From Owenia fusiformis (lineage: Eukaryota), in assembly GCA_903813345.2 (NCBI GenBank), contig CAIIXF020000001.1, forward strand, positions 16,740,001 through 16,804,000: DNA of 64,000 nucleotides. Direction: 5' to 3'. The notes beneath the pieces are model-generated. The model did no database searches, was not told the origin of the DNA, and saw only the letters and a program-made list of their open reading frames with translations. How positions within the stretch are numbered: the first letter of the stretch is position 1; each line of letters begins with the position of its first letter. Shown piece after piece: positions 1 to 54,300 of this stretch. A program made the translations under genes and the position numbers.

Positions 1-552
1 ACCAAAATTGGAGTTTGACCTTGGAATGACATACAATTATTCCAGAATTGACCTTCACACACATTGATAATATCTGAGACCATCATAAAATATGAACACC
101 ATAATTGTATATTTTACAGGAAGCCATATACATGTTTCTAAGTATTTGTGTTTAAAAGAAAACTGATTGGAATAACTATTTTCCTTTACCTAAACAAATA
201 GTGACCGAAATTACCCGAGTCTCTAGCTTGCATAGAGATAGCTTTGGATCCAAGTCAACCTAAACAGTACGACTTAAACGATTCAACACCCGTGTATTAC
301 TACACAAAACGAAATCAATAATAAAGTTTCCCGGGAGTAAGATTTTCTACCTGGAAAAAACATTTTGGTACTATTTCTTTTTGCAATCTAGCAAGTTATA
401 CACATTGAATATTAAGAAAAAACAGTATTGAATGAAAAATTTGTACATTTAAAGAATTTTGTTTAGTTTATTGATAATCAAAACCTTCAAATCATGTAAA
501 TATTAGGATTCGAAAATGTGGTTCTCGCTGAATTGAAGGTCGACAATCGTAA

Positions 553-40396
<39,844 letters not shown>

Positions 40397-40866
40397 TTGT
40401 CAATAAAGCAATAGCTTGCTAATTGTCAATAAAGCAATAGCTCACTAATTGACAAATTTTACATGTACATTTGTTGTGAACGAATTGCTAAACTCCAACT
40501 CTTTATAAGAGTCAGTAAACTAATTGCCAAATATTTTCAGATATATCAGTTTAGTATACATATGTATTCAGTAGGCTTATATGTAAAAAACCTTGACAAT
40601 AAAAACTGTGAATGCTATAGCTGTAAAACCCCAAATTTTTCATTGCCCAAATTTTTCTATTTTTGTTTAATTTCAGTAAAATGATAAAGCTTTGTGTTTG
40701 TGTATGCTCTTTGCTAATTTGGCAATATTTTTATTTTATTTATGATTTCAACATTTATTAATTCATCAAAGATGCCTTCATTTTAGTCTGGCCTATTCAG
40801 ATAAAATATTGAATATTTGGGCACATTGCAAATGGGTTGTTACATCATGTGGATATAGTGCAACAT

Positions 40867-41398
40867 CACTGGTGATCCACTCGATTACACTGGTTACCGA
40901 AACAGTTCGTTTCGGTTACAAAATGTCAGAACGTCGAAGGTACTATTTATCTTTTTCCTTATTTCATGCATTGTAGGCAGAATCCTCACGACATGTTTTC
41001 ACACATGTGTATCAGTATCTTATGTTTTAGAAAAGGTACATGTTTGCGAAAGAATAGCTCAGAATACAACAGAATTGTCGATTTAATTCCTCACTTTACT
41101 TACAGAAACGGTATGGGTTAAAAGTGCAGATCTTAACTGTTTTTCGAAATACCATTTCTGTAACTTAAGTGAGGAATTAAATCGGCGATTCTGTTGTCTT
41201 CTGAACTATATGTTTGCAATTATGTACATTTTCTTAAACATATGATACTGATATACGTTTGTGATAGAAATGTCATGGGAATTTTGCCTACAACGTGTGA
41301 AATAAGGAAAAAAGAAAAATAGTACCTTCGATGTTCCGGCATTTTGTTACCGAAACAAACCGCTTCGGTAACCAGCGTAATTGAGTGGATCACCAGTG
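40867..41398. mobile_element. Fully palindromic MITE with CAC termini and 5-bp TSD
   Basis: AACAT|CACTGGTGATCCACTC...GAGTGGATCACCAGTG|AACAT; the arms pair imperfectly to a centre near 41130. Confidence 0.85.
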
Positions 41399-43300
41399 AA
41401 CATGCTGTCTAAAAGACAAGCCTAATAACGCAGGTGCTATATTGGATAATAAATCATAATTCTTAAAAAGTTCTGCTTGCAGAATTTAAGGACTGTATAT
41501 CTGAACATTTGTGGATGAACAACCATATAAAATGTCACTTCATGAATAATATTACGATATGATATATATAACCAGGTTGGTCATGCAATATAATCTGCCA
41601 GTTACACTACATATGTGGTCATACTTATGTGCCAGGATAGAGACTTTATGAAGACGATGAAGAGTATGGCACATACATGTACATGCCTGTATATATGTTG
41701 AATATGATGAAAATGTCTGTACAGATGTTGAAAAGAAATGTGCTTGTCTTAATTTTGTTGAATATGATACAAACATACCTGTATATTTGATGAAGAGGAT
41801 ATGTACATGCCTTTATATTGTTGAATATGATACAGACATGCCTGTATTTATAATGAAGAGGATATGCACTTCCCTGTATTTTGAATAGGAAAATGTTGAA
41901 GATGATATGTACATGAAATGCCGTGCATGTATATGTTATTACCCTTTGCATTTGTTTGACTTTCCTTTTTAAAGAGGGTTTCATCTGGAACTTGCTAAAC
42001 TTTGCGCTCAGGGTAATATGTTATATATGAGGAAGATATTTTTGTTAAAAATAACAAAGCACAATGTATAGGTTTGCTGAACATGCATTTGGAAAACTGT
42101 TTGATTGCATCACGGATTCGACTTACATGTGTTCCAGTTCTCTATGTTTGTTCCATGACACTGATGGAGTTTTATAATTTGTACCATGTATGTGTACAAA
42201 GTATTTAAGTGCAGTATTTAACATAAATTAGAATGTAGAATCCGATGTGTCTTGTTAGAAGCAATACTTAAGATAAATAGATAGATCAAACACATTTATA
42301 TTGTGCATAGACTAAACTACGTACGTAACTGGTCAATGATTTTTTTTAAAAGAAATGCATTTTTCAGTCTTACGTTTTCAACTATCATTAACAAAAATTG
42401 TGATTACACAATGAAGTTATTCTTTGAACAATGATATGATCATACATGTATAGTAAATATATTTGGAAATTTAGAATAAATTAAGGTGATGTTAAATGAA
42501 ATAATTATATATGCTTCTTGAATAATTATATATGCTTCTTGAATGAGAACAATGGAGTCTTATTGTTATGTCACCACCACAAGTACAACTTTTTGTGATG
42601 GCAGTCAGTGGTTGGTGTTCGCATCTGTAACAAATGGCATGTGGTGACATTTTGCATGTTAATGCCTTGTATTTTCCACTTGCAGGACATGTAAGTTTTG
42701 TTGTCCTGGTCTTTTTTGTTTGGTAGTTTCTGTTATCACTGTTAAAAATCTTATTTTCTAACTATCACAAAATGATGGGTTCTGCCACGATATTTTCAAT
42801 GAAAACAACCATTTTGAGAACATCGTTAATAAGAAATGTGGAGAAACCTCAACTTTTTGAAAACTACCTTCTTAAAAAGGCAACTGCTACCAGTATCTAC
42901 CAGTTCAGACCATATGGAACTACCAGATTTAATTTAAAACAATCTACAATAAATTTTTTTCTTTTGTCGGCAGATGTGGCCTTCTGAACTGTCAAAGACC
43001 CCTTCATAAATATTTTGATTTCAAGCTATGTTGAAATAATTGCTTTGCCAGACGAGACAAAACAAAAAGCAGGTTGTTTATTTTTTTAATTTCGCACATT
43101 CTGTTTTTATTATTATTATATATATTTGGCATGCAATTGTCCTTCCAAATAAAGCTGAAAGGAATTTGTGTGTGCACTATACATTCGTAGGCTTGATTTT
43201 ATTATTATATATATAGAGTATGTACTGTATATTTATAGCATGAATAGTACTGCATTCTCTTTGTTAAGTAAACATGCAAAGTATAATTCTGTTTTCTTTA

Positions 43301-45816
43301 CTACACTGATGTCTCAAAACTAGATATAGATAGACTTATAGAACTACATCTGTTCTCTAAACCACCTGATAAATTACTATATTGATCTCCCTTAATCAGG
43401 CCATTCTGGTCAGTGCTTATTCTATAGCCATTAGTATCAGCAATTTTACCTGCCACATGATTAATATTGAGATCTGAGTCGGATATTTGGTCAGTATCCT
43501 TATTACCATCTTCCGGGTTTGATCGTTTCTTGATACATCTCCGTATGAGAAGGCCCACAAAAATAATTTGAAGCGGAATAGGTGTAAAAATTGCCACAAT
43601 GACAGGCATTACTACAGCTAGATCTCCATCAGGTTTGGGCAGGGAAAATTGTAACAGGATTATTGCAATTCCTATATTTTGAATTCCCGTCTCAAACGCA
43701 ATTGTTTTAGCTGTTTTAAATGGCTGTCTGAGAATGAAAGCCACTAACAGACCTATGCTAAAGCCACACCATGGCAACAACATACCAGCTGGGAATAACA
43801 ATGGTCTCTCTGCCATCAATGTAAACATATAGGAGTTCACATAGCTTCCAAAACCAGCTATAAAAATGATGAACAACACTGCAAATGGTTTGATTATCTT
43901 GCTGATTTTCAAGGCGATGTTTTCTTTGTACTTTCTGACCACCATCCCTATGGTAACAGGAATGATGATGCTGACTAGAGAGATGACAATGTTTTCAAAT
44001 GGAATGACAACATTGTTGGAGACGTAAAATCTGGCTAGTGCAAACAACCACAATGGCATCATACCTGGAAAAATAACATAGCAGTGTGAAGTTTATCACA
44101 ATGTTGGTGTTCTGAGTGAAAACGAAATATTGTAGCCGTGAGTCTATTTCTAATCTTCAAGTATGACATTGACCTTTTGTGACCTCAATAATGTTGATGC
44201 TTTTCCTCAAAGGTCAACCCAGGTGTGAATTATTTACGGTTTATAATGCAAAATATGACAAACATAATGTGAAGGTCATTCATTCAGTAATTGTACTGTT
44301 GACAGTGACATCTATAATGTTGACCATAACTTCTAAAATGTCAACCATGATCTCTTAAATGTTGACCACGACTTTTAATGTTGACAATGACCACATAATG
44401 TTGACCATGTGTGTTTTGATGGTAACCTTTATATGACATCGACTATGATATCATTAGGAATTACATGTAATTGATTATAATTAACATACAAACCTAGAGA
44501 GCCTACTGTGCTCAGAAATGTCATACAAATGCTGAGATTTAGTTCTCCACCAAGAAGTACAGTCCATACATTACTACTCCCTCCTCCTGGGCTACAGGAA
44601 ATCACTAAAAGGCCCAGTCCTATGCCACCCATCAGGCCAAATATGTTGGTCAATGCTAACCCAAGCTAAAACGCAATACAGAGTTGCTGGTTTTATTATA
44701 TCACCGGTGATCAAGTGGTGATCACCGGTCCAAATGTGTAACAAATGGCATATAGTGCTTTTTTTTATTTTGTCTCAGAAAGCTATATTTATATCATCAA
44801 TGAGATTATTTCCTAAAATGTCATTTATTTGTAATTATTGAGGTAGATGTGCATAATTAGAATGTTGGTGTATTTTTTTTCTTTACAGAGTGGTGACATA
44901 TTGATATAGCCTCCCAATCTTTTTTGGACAGTGTTCATTGAACAGTGGTTGGTAGTTGGTGTTTGGTGTTTATTGTCTGTAACAAATGGCAGGTGGTGCC
45001 ATTTTGCAGGTTATTTCAATATAGTTAATAATATAGGTTAATTTCAAATTTTATGTTGATATTTACACAGTATGGTAGATGTAGTGCAAAATTAAAATAT
45101 TTTGATTAATATATCGAAATCACATTTCCTCAAAAAATTCAACTTTTATTTGGTTGTGAAACAAGCTGATAAATTATATGAATGAAAAAAAAAATGAAAA
45201 AATAAATAATTAAATATTCCATACTCACTAGTGGCATAATGATAAACTGGCAGCAGAATCCTACAGTGGGGGCAATTGGCTTCTTTAATATCTTTAGAAT
45301 AACTGCAATTTCTAATGTACAGCCCATGATGAAATTGAACATGACAACAAATAAAGCAGTTAAGACCCTAAATGCAATGTCTAAGGGGCGATCTTGTCTG
45401 ACAACACTGATGACATACCCAGAATGCACCACTGTACGGGAATTTATCGCTTCCTTTGACTCATGTAAATGGATGGTTAACGATGTGTAGCCTAATCGAA
45501 CCCCCCGAATTACGACATAGACTTGGCGCTGGAATGGTCCGTCATCATCCTCATCTGGACGTCCTAGCAAATGTGTTGCATTCTGAGAAATGACAGCGAT
45601 GTTAGGATGTTCGGTAACTACAGTCATAACTTGGCGGATCATGTCTCCCACACAGCATACATAATTCAATGTTATTGTTTGTTCATCATTCTCTAGCAAT
45701 CCTAGCAATGAGGGAGGATTTAAAGTTAAATTAGTGATTGCAATTACACCAACATTTTGAGTTTCAACGTTCCCTATATGAACGCTTAAAATTCCCGACA
45801 AAATCAAGAACATCAT
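43301..45816 (-). CDS. SLC10A: SLC10-family sodium/bile-acid cotransporter-like protein (~507 aa) with an extended N-terminal domain
   Basis: complement join(45229-45816,44494-44665,43301-44064), GT-AG, 1524 nt. SBF motifs: MGCTLE..KKPIAPTVGFCCQFIIMPL, SCSPGGGSSN, GELNLSICMT, MMPLWL, TIAFETGIQN. The signal peptide and ~140-aa luminal N-terminus resemble SLC10A3/A5-type members. Confidence 0.92.
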
Positions 45817-46259
45817 CTTGTAGAATTTGATATTGCAGGGAGACCAGTTGGTATTAAGTTACACTTAACTTGTGGTAATAGTCCTGCACAAGAACATGTT
45901 CATTCAATGCCTACACTTATGCAATAGGGATGCTTCACAAGATCTGTATATCAAAATTAATTGTGTCAGGACTCAGGAGCATGATTCAGCATGTGTTCAA
46001 GGACAAAATACTTGAGAGATAATAAATTGGATAATAGAGTTTCTTTTCAGCTGGTTAGAGCATCAGGCAGTAAATAAATTGGCATCTGATGGAGGCTAAC
46101 CAATCTGGCTAGACATCCTCATTCTACTGCTCATTCCTCTTAATAAAGGCTTATCTCATTGCATTGTTGATGTACCTATTATTGTTATAGAATAGGCTTG
46201 ATTTTAGTGTAAAAATGCTCTTATGCTTTACATTCCAAAACTCAGTGCTCATCATTCTT

Positions 46260-46532
46260 TAATAGTCATTTCATTGTGGCTGATATTTCTCCAATAGTCA
46301 TTTCATTGTGGCTGACATTTCTCTAGTCATTTCATTGTGGCTGACATTTCTCTAATAGTCATTTCTTTGAGGCTGATATTTCCCCAATATAGTCATTTCA
46401 TTGAGGCTGATATTTCTCATAAATTGTCATTTCATTGTGGCTGATATTTCTCCAATAGTCATTTCATTGAGGCTGATTTTTCTCCAATTAATTTCACTGG
46501 GCTGACATGTCTGATATTTTATGGCTGATATT
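46260..46532. repeat. ~31-bp minisatellite
   Basis: TAGTCATTTCATTGTGGCTGATATTTCTCCAA repeated about 8 times. Confidence 0.85.
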
Positions 46533-49500
46533 TTGTGTATTCAAAAGAATGATGGAAATTAACTTTTCTAATCCTAAGACTCAACTTCTATAAATCCTTC
46601 ACATCCTGTAGTTCTGAATATTCAAAGCATAGTTGTTATCTGTAAAAGTCCAATATTATAAGACAGTCTTATAATGAGTCTTCTAGGCCTACTCTTTTAA
46701 CAAGTATTTGGAGTCACCCTGTAAAATCTTCAATGATGGTTGTCAGATGTTTTAAGTCACCCTGTTGTATCTTAAATTAAACATATAAGTGACTCATATG
46801 TTTTTATTTTCACCGCTTACTTACAGAAACAATATCTGTCCATTGTATTGTCCTCAAATATAATGAACTGTATGTATATGCCTTACTTCCTATAATGACA
46901 ATCCATATTTGGCACACTGTTGATATTTTCTATTAATTTTGAGTCCGTATACATGTAGCTGTACACAGTGTACAGGCAGATTCTCTATGACTAACAACTT
47001 TCAGAAAATCCTAGTTTTATAACTATACTTAACTCAGGGCTATGAATCCACTTTAGCCATATAGTGTTTATCTCACAATGTCACCCTATGTCGTCAATAA
47101 TACACTTACCAATACTCTGTGAGTTACAAACAAACATTGAGAAAATGTCTCATATTTATTCACATTATGGTGATTTCAGTCTGAAGGCTGGACTCATTTA
47201 AAGTGCACTTACTTAACCATGTTGAGACTTACAATTTGCACTACATGTACTGTACAACAGAGTGGTAAACGATATATTAAATTAATTAACACCTGTGATG
47301 TGACAGGTAATAAAATGATTTAGCTCATTCTGTAGTACATGTATATTCACAAGGGTTGCATACACTAAATACTAGATTAGTTGTTTGTAGTATTCAAACC
47401 TAGCAATGTCATCTGATAATATATGGCCATTACAGGGCTTTTGAATAATAAAAAGCAGAGACCTTACACAACCTTTGACACTTGAAAAGTCCTTTAAATT
47501 ATTTCAATGCTTTTAGTCTATTTCTAGGCCAGTGAGTTTTTTTGTTAAATATACCGTAAAATCTGAAATAAAAATCAAATGATGGCAGTTTCATGCCATT
47601 TTACATGAATAAATGTAGGGTATGTGTTTTGTCGCATATTTGTTACACTACCTGGTCAAAAATTCTCTCTTAATAACCCTTGGCAGACTTCTTCAAAGGA
47701 GCCAGTACTCGTATAGATGGCAGTTAAATAATTTTATCTTGTGGGTTGTTTTTCACACATGTCCCATTGGTATGTGTGTAAATGTTGCTGTTTTAAAACT
47801 TCAAATTCGCTACATAAAAATAATATCAAATAAATATCACATTTTTTCTTTATTCGTATTTACAACATATTTTAATATTCAATATCAAAAGAGTTTGAAT
47901 ATTTCCAATAAAATTTATTTTTGCATGTTTTAAGGTAAACCATTAAACCCACTGTATTTTTCGCTATCTATTGAAAGTCCTGCTGCCAAATATGATAGCA
48001 CACAAAAGATTATTAATTTCATAGTTTTGAGAGTTTGTCTGATACAGAGTGTAACAAATATTAGTCAAAACGTAAGCACGCTTATTTGAGAATGAAGTGT
48101 GTGCAGGTTGAGATCAACTAACTTATATGCAATAGCTCTTAAGCTTTAAACTGATACATAGTATGTGTGAATATCAACAAATATTTCACAGTGGCATGAT
48201 GTATGTTTATTGCAGTTAAGTTATCATCAACTGCAGTAAACAAACTAAATAAGGGTAGTAATAAAAAGAAATGTATGAGAGGTATCCTTGATAAAACAAT
48301 AATTTGACATAAGATATAGTTAGGATGTGGTCTTAATCCCTAGGCCTAAAGCCTTATGCATGGCAAACAATAAGAGATCATAATGTTTCAAAGTCAAAGT
48401 GTCCTGCTATGTTGTTTATTATTCATTCATTTAAATTGTGGAAACACTGCCTTAAAAATATAAAAGATACAGAAATGCCAACCTGATTGCCATATTCATA
48501 AAAGATGTTCCCATGAATGTTAGTCATGGTTAAAGGTAAAATTAAATTCTGGAAAAATTGGTTTCCACCTCTGATTCCTTTTACTATAAAGTACATTTTA
48601 TATATTCTTTATACAAGATAAGTTGCTATTTAATCAACACATTCTATGCAAAGATAAGGCTGAGTGGCATAAATTATTTGGAAAATCGACTACAACATTT
48701 GACATGATTGTGTCACATGATTGTGTCAATAAGGCTGTAAGTGGGACGGTTAAAATGATCCAGTGTAAGTGAAAAACTTTGCTTTGCCTAAGTTGGTATT
48801 ATATTTTATCTATCTTGATTTTGAATTAAATAAAAAAAAACACACTGACTTAGGCAAGGCTAGTGAAACACCTCCCAAGTGGAGCACTATCTGAGGTACC
48901 AATGTGCAATGGTGTTCCACTTACACAGGTTTTTACAACATCAGTACCAAAAGGCATGCCACTTGTCGATGTCCTATTCAAGGTCAAGGTCAAATTTAAG
49001 TTCCTTGCACTTGTTCTTTGATTTATAGCATGTTGTTTGTAGCAATACAATGTATATGTGTGAATGCCAAAAATGAAACTTGAATTGAGGACAATGCTTT
49101 GAACTGGAATCGCCTCTCGAACTTAATATATGTCACCTATTGCCCTTGAATCTTGATTGAACTGTGATAGCTTGCCAAAATAACTGTGAAAATCTTTTAC
49201 GTAATATATAGTGACAGGAAAGAAAAGGGGAAAATGGTAGAATTGTTTCGATAAACAGATCTCTTCGGTATGCTGTGAGAAAAAAGTATTTCAAAAATGT
49301 GATAATATTTTAAATAGTTAGTTCCTGCCACTTAAAAAAATAAAATCTCGTCTTCAAAACATTTCTTTTATAATGTTTTTTTTAGAATCACATTATTCAA
49401 TCAGCTTGGAATCATGTGAAGGTGATACCTATTGTGATGAAATGAGAGATATACTAAACAAATGTTGTTTTTAAACTTGGTTATGATCATGACATGAGGT

Positions 49501-49781
49501 GCAATGTATACATATATAATTATATGAACAAAAAAAATTCTGTTGAATGATAATTAATTTCTTTATATTGTATGTTATTTATACACCAATTAAAGTCTTA
49601 ATTGTTGCTCTTCACTGTTCACAAAGAATTTGTTTTTCAAAAATGTTCCATCTATAATCAAGCTATCATTTGATTTCTACATCACTATGTTCAACTTGTT
49701 ACATTTTTACAGGCTTCCATCTATATCCAAATAATGCAGTTACAAAATATTTGACTCAATGATTTACTCTCCATGGACTTA

Positions 49782-51268
49782 TTATTATGTCACCACCAAA
49801 AGTGGTGACATATTGTTATGGTCTCCGTTTTTTTGTGACGGCGTCCGGCGGTTGGTGGTTGGCGGTTGGCGTCCGGCGGTTGGCGTCCGGCGTCTGTAAC
49901 AATTTCTTACAACTTCCTATAACTTAACAAATACTGTTTAGATTGACTTCAATTTTTTTCTAAATCATCTACATGTTCTCAGAAGTTCAAATCTGACTTA
50001 AGATTTGACATTTGACCTTCAATGACCTTCTCAAGGTCAAAAAGGTCTTTTTTCAACTTGCTTCACATTGACTCAATTTTTTTTCAAAATCATCTACATG
50101 TTCTCAGAAATTCAAATCTGACTTTAGATTTGACATTTGACCTTCAAATCTGACTTTAGATTTGACATTTGACCTTCAATGACCTTCTCAAGGTCAAAAA
50201 AGGTCAAAAAGGTCTGTTTTCAACTTGCTTCAAATTGACTAAGAAATTTTTTCAAAATCATCTACGTGTTCTCAGAAATTCAAATCTGACTTTAGATTTG
50301 ACTTAAGATTTGACATTTGACCTTCAATGACCTTCTCAAAGTCAAAAAAGGTCAAAAAGGTCTTTTTTCAACTTGCTTCAAATTGACTAAATTTTTTTTT
50401 CAAAATCATCTACATGTTCTCAGAAATTCAAATCTGACTTTAGATTTGACATTTGACCTTCAATGACCTTCTCAATGTCAAAAAAGGTCAAAAAGGTATT
50501 TTTTCATCTTGCTTCAAATTGACTAAATCTTTTTTTCAAAATCATCTACATGTTCTCAGAAATTCAAATATGACTTTAGATTTGACTTTAGATTTGACAT
50601 TTGACCTTCAATGACCTTCTCAAGGTCAAAAAAGGTCAAAAAGGTCTTTTTTCAACTTGCTTCAAATTGACTAATTTTTTTTTCAAAATCATCTACATGT
50701 TCTCAGAAATTCAAATCTGACTTTAGATTTGACATTTGACCTTTAATGACCTTCTCAAGGTCAAAAAAGGTCAAAAAGGTCTGTTTTCAACTTGCTTCAA
50801 ATTGACCAATTTTTTTTTTCAAAATCATCTACATCTTTTCAGAAGTTCAAATTTGACTTTACAAGTTCTCAGAAGTTCAAATCTGACTTTAGATTTGACC
50901 TTTGACCTTCAATGACCTTCTCAAGGTCAAAAAGGTCTTTTTTCAACTTGCTTCAAATTGACTAATTTTTTTTTCAAAATCATCTACATGTTCTCAGAAG
51001 TTCAAATCTGACTTTAGATTTGACATTTGACCTTCAATGACCTTTTCAAGGTCAAAAAGGTCTTTTTTCAACTTGCTTCAAATTTACTTAATTTTTTTTT
51101 CAAAATCATCTACATGTTCTCAGAAGTTCAAATCTGACTTTACATTTGACATTTGACCTTCAATGACCTTCTCAATGTCAAAAAAAGTCAAAGAGGTATT
51201 TTTTCAACTTGCTTTAAATTGACCAAATTGTTTTAGGTGGTGACATTTTGTCATGTTAATGCCTTGTT
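49782..51268 (+). mobile_element. Helentron/HINE (DINE-1)-like element with internal ~125-150-bp tandem array
   Basis: 5' hairpin ATGTCACCACCAAAAGTGGTGACAT, GGCGGTT/GGCGTCC microsatellite, ~9 units of AAATCATCTACATGTTCTCAGAA...GACCTTCTCAAGGTCAAAAAGG, and a 3' GGTGGTGACAT + CATGTTAATGCCTTGTT end. Confidence 0.75.
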
Positions 51269-51378
51269 CTATTCTGTTGTAGTCTTTTAGATTTTTTAAG
51301 TTTTGTGAAACAAATCAGAAATGACTTTGCATATCAATAATATGTTATCACAATGTGTGTTCTATATCTATGCCGAGA

Positions 51379-54300
51379 CTATGGCAGAGTTCCCGCATCT
51401 CTAAATGCCTCAAGTTGCTCTGTAGTGAGTCCAGTTTCTTGACAGATCAGCAATTCATCTATGGCCATCCCAGCATCCAAGGAAAAGCCTCCAAACATCA
51501 ATGGACAGCTAGTAGATTTGATTTGTCCTAGAAAATATATTGACAAAGTTTGACAATTTCTCATGACTATAAAATTAATTTGAACTATTTGGCTTGTTTT
51601 ATTGATTATTTATCTCTTTATGGATTTCTATTTCTATCATGTAGCAAAATGACACCCTGTAAGATAGCAGAAAGTTGATCATGATTATGAATTATATAAA
51701 TATAGGCTGGGATTTTCTGGTTTTGGCAAACTTATTGTCTCTCCTTACAAAGTCCAAATACATTGTCATTGAAGTTGTGCCTGTAAAAAGTGCTTCACTT
51801 GTGAATGTGTGTTCCAGGACTCCATCCATATAAGGGCACTTTTATGAGGTGTTCAATGAAAAATCACACTTTTCCAAGATGACAAGTTATAAAAACTCAT
51901 AAATAAATCAATTTCAAAAGGAGCAACTTCCTCATGAAGCGCACACAAACAAATGTTTTTAACATGAATCAAGAGTTACACCACAAAGAGAATTTCAGAA
52001 ATGAAGTGAATAAAATCTTATGAATCAACTACAGTAAATCCTGTTCACATTTCAATTTTTTTTAAATATGTGAGTCTATGGGAGATTGGGACAGAGAAAA
52101 AGTGTTCAGATTATTGTGTGTTCCCATTTCAATTTTTTAAATATATGTGATTCTATGGGAGATTTGGACCGACCAAAAGTGTTCACATTATTGTGTGTTC
52201 ACATTTCAATTTTTTTAGATATGCTAGTCTATGGGAGATTGGAACAGAGAAAAAGTGTTCAGATTGAGAGGTGTTCAGATAAGAGAGGTGTCCAGACATA
52301 CAGGTTTCACTGTATATGTACATACCACTTTGAATCTGTTCAAACACTTCATCTCCAGCAGTAATCCTCAACTTATTGTTGTCATAGACCATTGTTATGA
52401 ACACCCATTGATTCTCATCAACTGGCTGAAAACAAACATAGAAATGTACAAGGTGACGCAAAAAATTGGAGCAAAAACAATACGAAATAACATCTACATA
52501 TGAAAAATATCAGCTTCATTTTTGTGTCTCATTTGCATAAAGGAATGCCAAGGCTATTTCAATGATTGGTCTACAAGAATATATTTATTTTGCTCAAGTG
52601 TGACTAGTGCATGTGTTAGGCTATGTATTTGCTTTTTTATATGTTTGTAACTCCTGCTTAGTTAACTTTATTTGAGAGAGACAATCACATAATAAGTGGA
52701 CTTGGATTCTACTCACGATATCAAAGAAAGGTTCTATCTCTGTCTGACGGCCAGTTAAGACCCCTCCCCCAAGGTTCACTTTACCCGAGTCACCGCTGTT
52801 TGCAATCATGAAAATGGTTGGTGGAAATTCGTCATAATTTTGATTGATTTCATCTCCATTGCTACAATGTACATATTAAATATGATTTTATTTATTCTAT
52901 GTAGTACTATATGTGACATTTTAATAAGGATATGATTTATACTTCGTTCAATATTTCATTAAAAACATATTTTTCTCTAAAAGGAAGTATTAAGAGTATT
53001 TATTGTGTATTTATCATAAATGATGTTTAATTTTCTTCACAGTCACCCAAAGGGTATTTAAACCTATGTTCTTTATTCTATATTTATTATGCTACATAAG
53101 AATAACTTCTTAAGAATGCAGCAAGAGTGGACCCATTGTATATTTAAATATAAACTTCACAAAATAAAGTGTAGAACAGCAAGGAATATTAACATGTCTT
53201 CTCAATCAGTGAAAACAACCCAATTTTATTACCAGTAATAACATCTACTACTTGGATTGTAAAATAATTGCTTTTAAGGGTTGACCTGATGAAATAGTTT
53301 ATTGTTGATTGTGCATAAGTTTGTTTGTTCATATAGTTTGTAGCAATTAGAGATTTTCCAATGAATCACAGATATTAAAATGCGAAATGTCACTATGTAC
53401 CATTTGCTACATTTGTTACAAATGCCGAACACTGAACACCAACTGTCAAATGCCAAACACCAAGCACACCCCGGAATAGCTTGACAACGGTAAAGTCAGA
53501 TACCGTTGTCACAATTTCATATGAAACATCATCACAAGAGCTTAATACATGCTTAGAATTAGTGACGATAAAATCCCATGAAGTGAGGACAACGTGATTA
53601 AACAGTTGAAGCGACGGTTATGTCTGCCATTTGTGACAATGGTATCTGACTTTACCATTGTCAGGCTATTCTGGTGTGAAGCAGTGAAAACCGACAACCA
53701 TCCACAAAAAGGTTGGAGACTCTAACAATATGTCACCACTTCTAATGGTGACATAATAAACACTGGCCTAAATATAGTGTGGTGACATAATAAAGACTGA
53801 CCTTAATATAATGTGGTGACATAATAAAGACTGACCTAAATATAGTATTTGCACGATTCTCTCCATTAAGAAGGCCATCAAATCTTACAAAGAAAGCAAC
53901 AGAGAAGCGATGTCCGAAATAAGCTCCTGACAATCTATCTACAGCAAGACTTCCCTCCTGGTCCAGCTGCATATAGTAACCCCTGTCTGCCAGGCCATCT
54001 CGAGAGTCATAACTGGCAAATCCAGATTTTCTAATAGGAATATTCTGGTTTGAATCAATAACAGTTCTCTCAAAATTCCAGTACATGCATTTACCATCAA
54101 CAGCCTCTGGAATGAGATATAGCCATTAACATTGGTTGCAACTGGAATGAAATATAGCAATAACCAATGGTTGCAACTGGAATGAGATATAGCAATTATC
54201 ATTGGTTGCAACTGGAATGATATATAGGAATTACCATTGGTTGCAACTGGAATGAGATATAGCAATTACTATTGGTTGCAACTGGAATGAGATATAGCAA

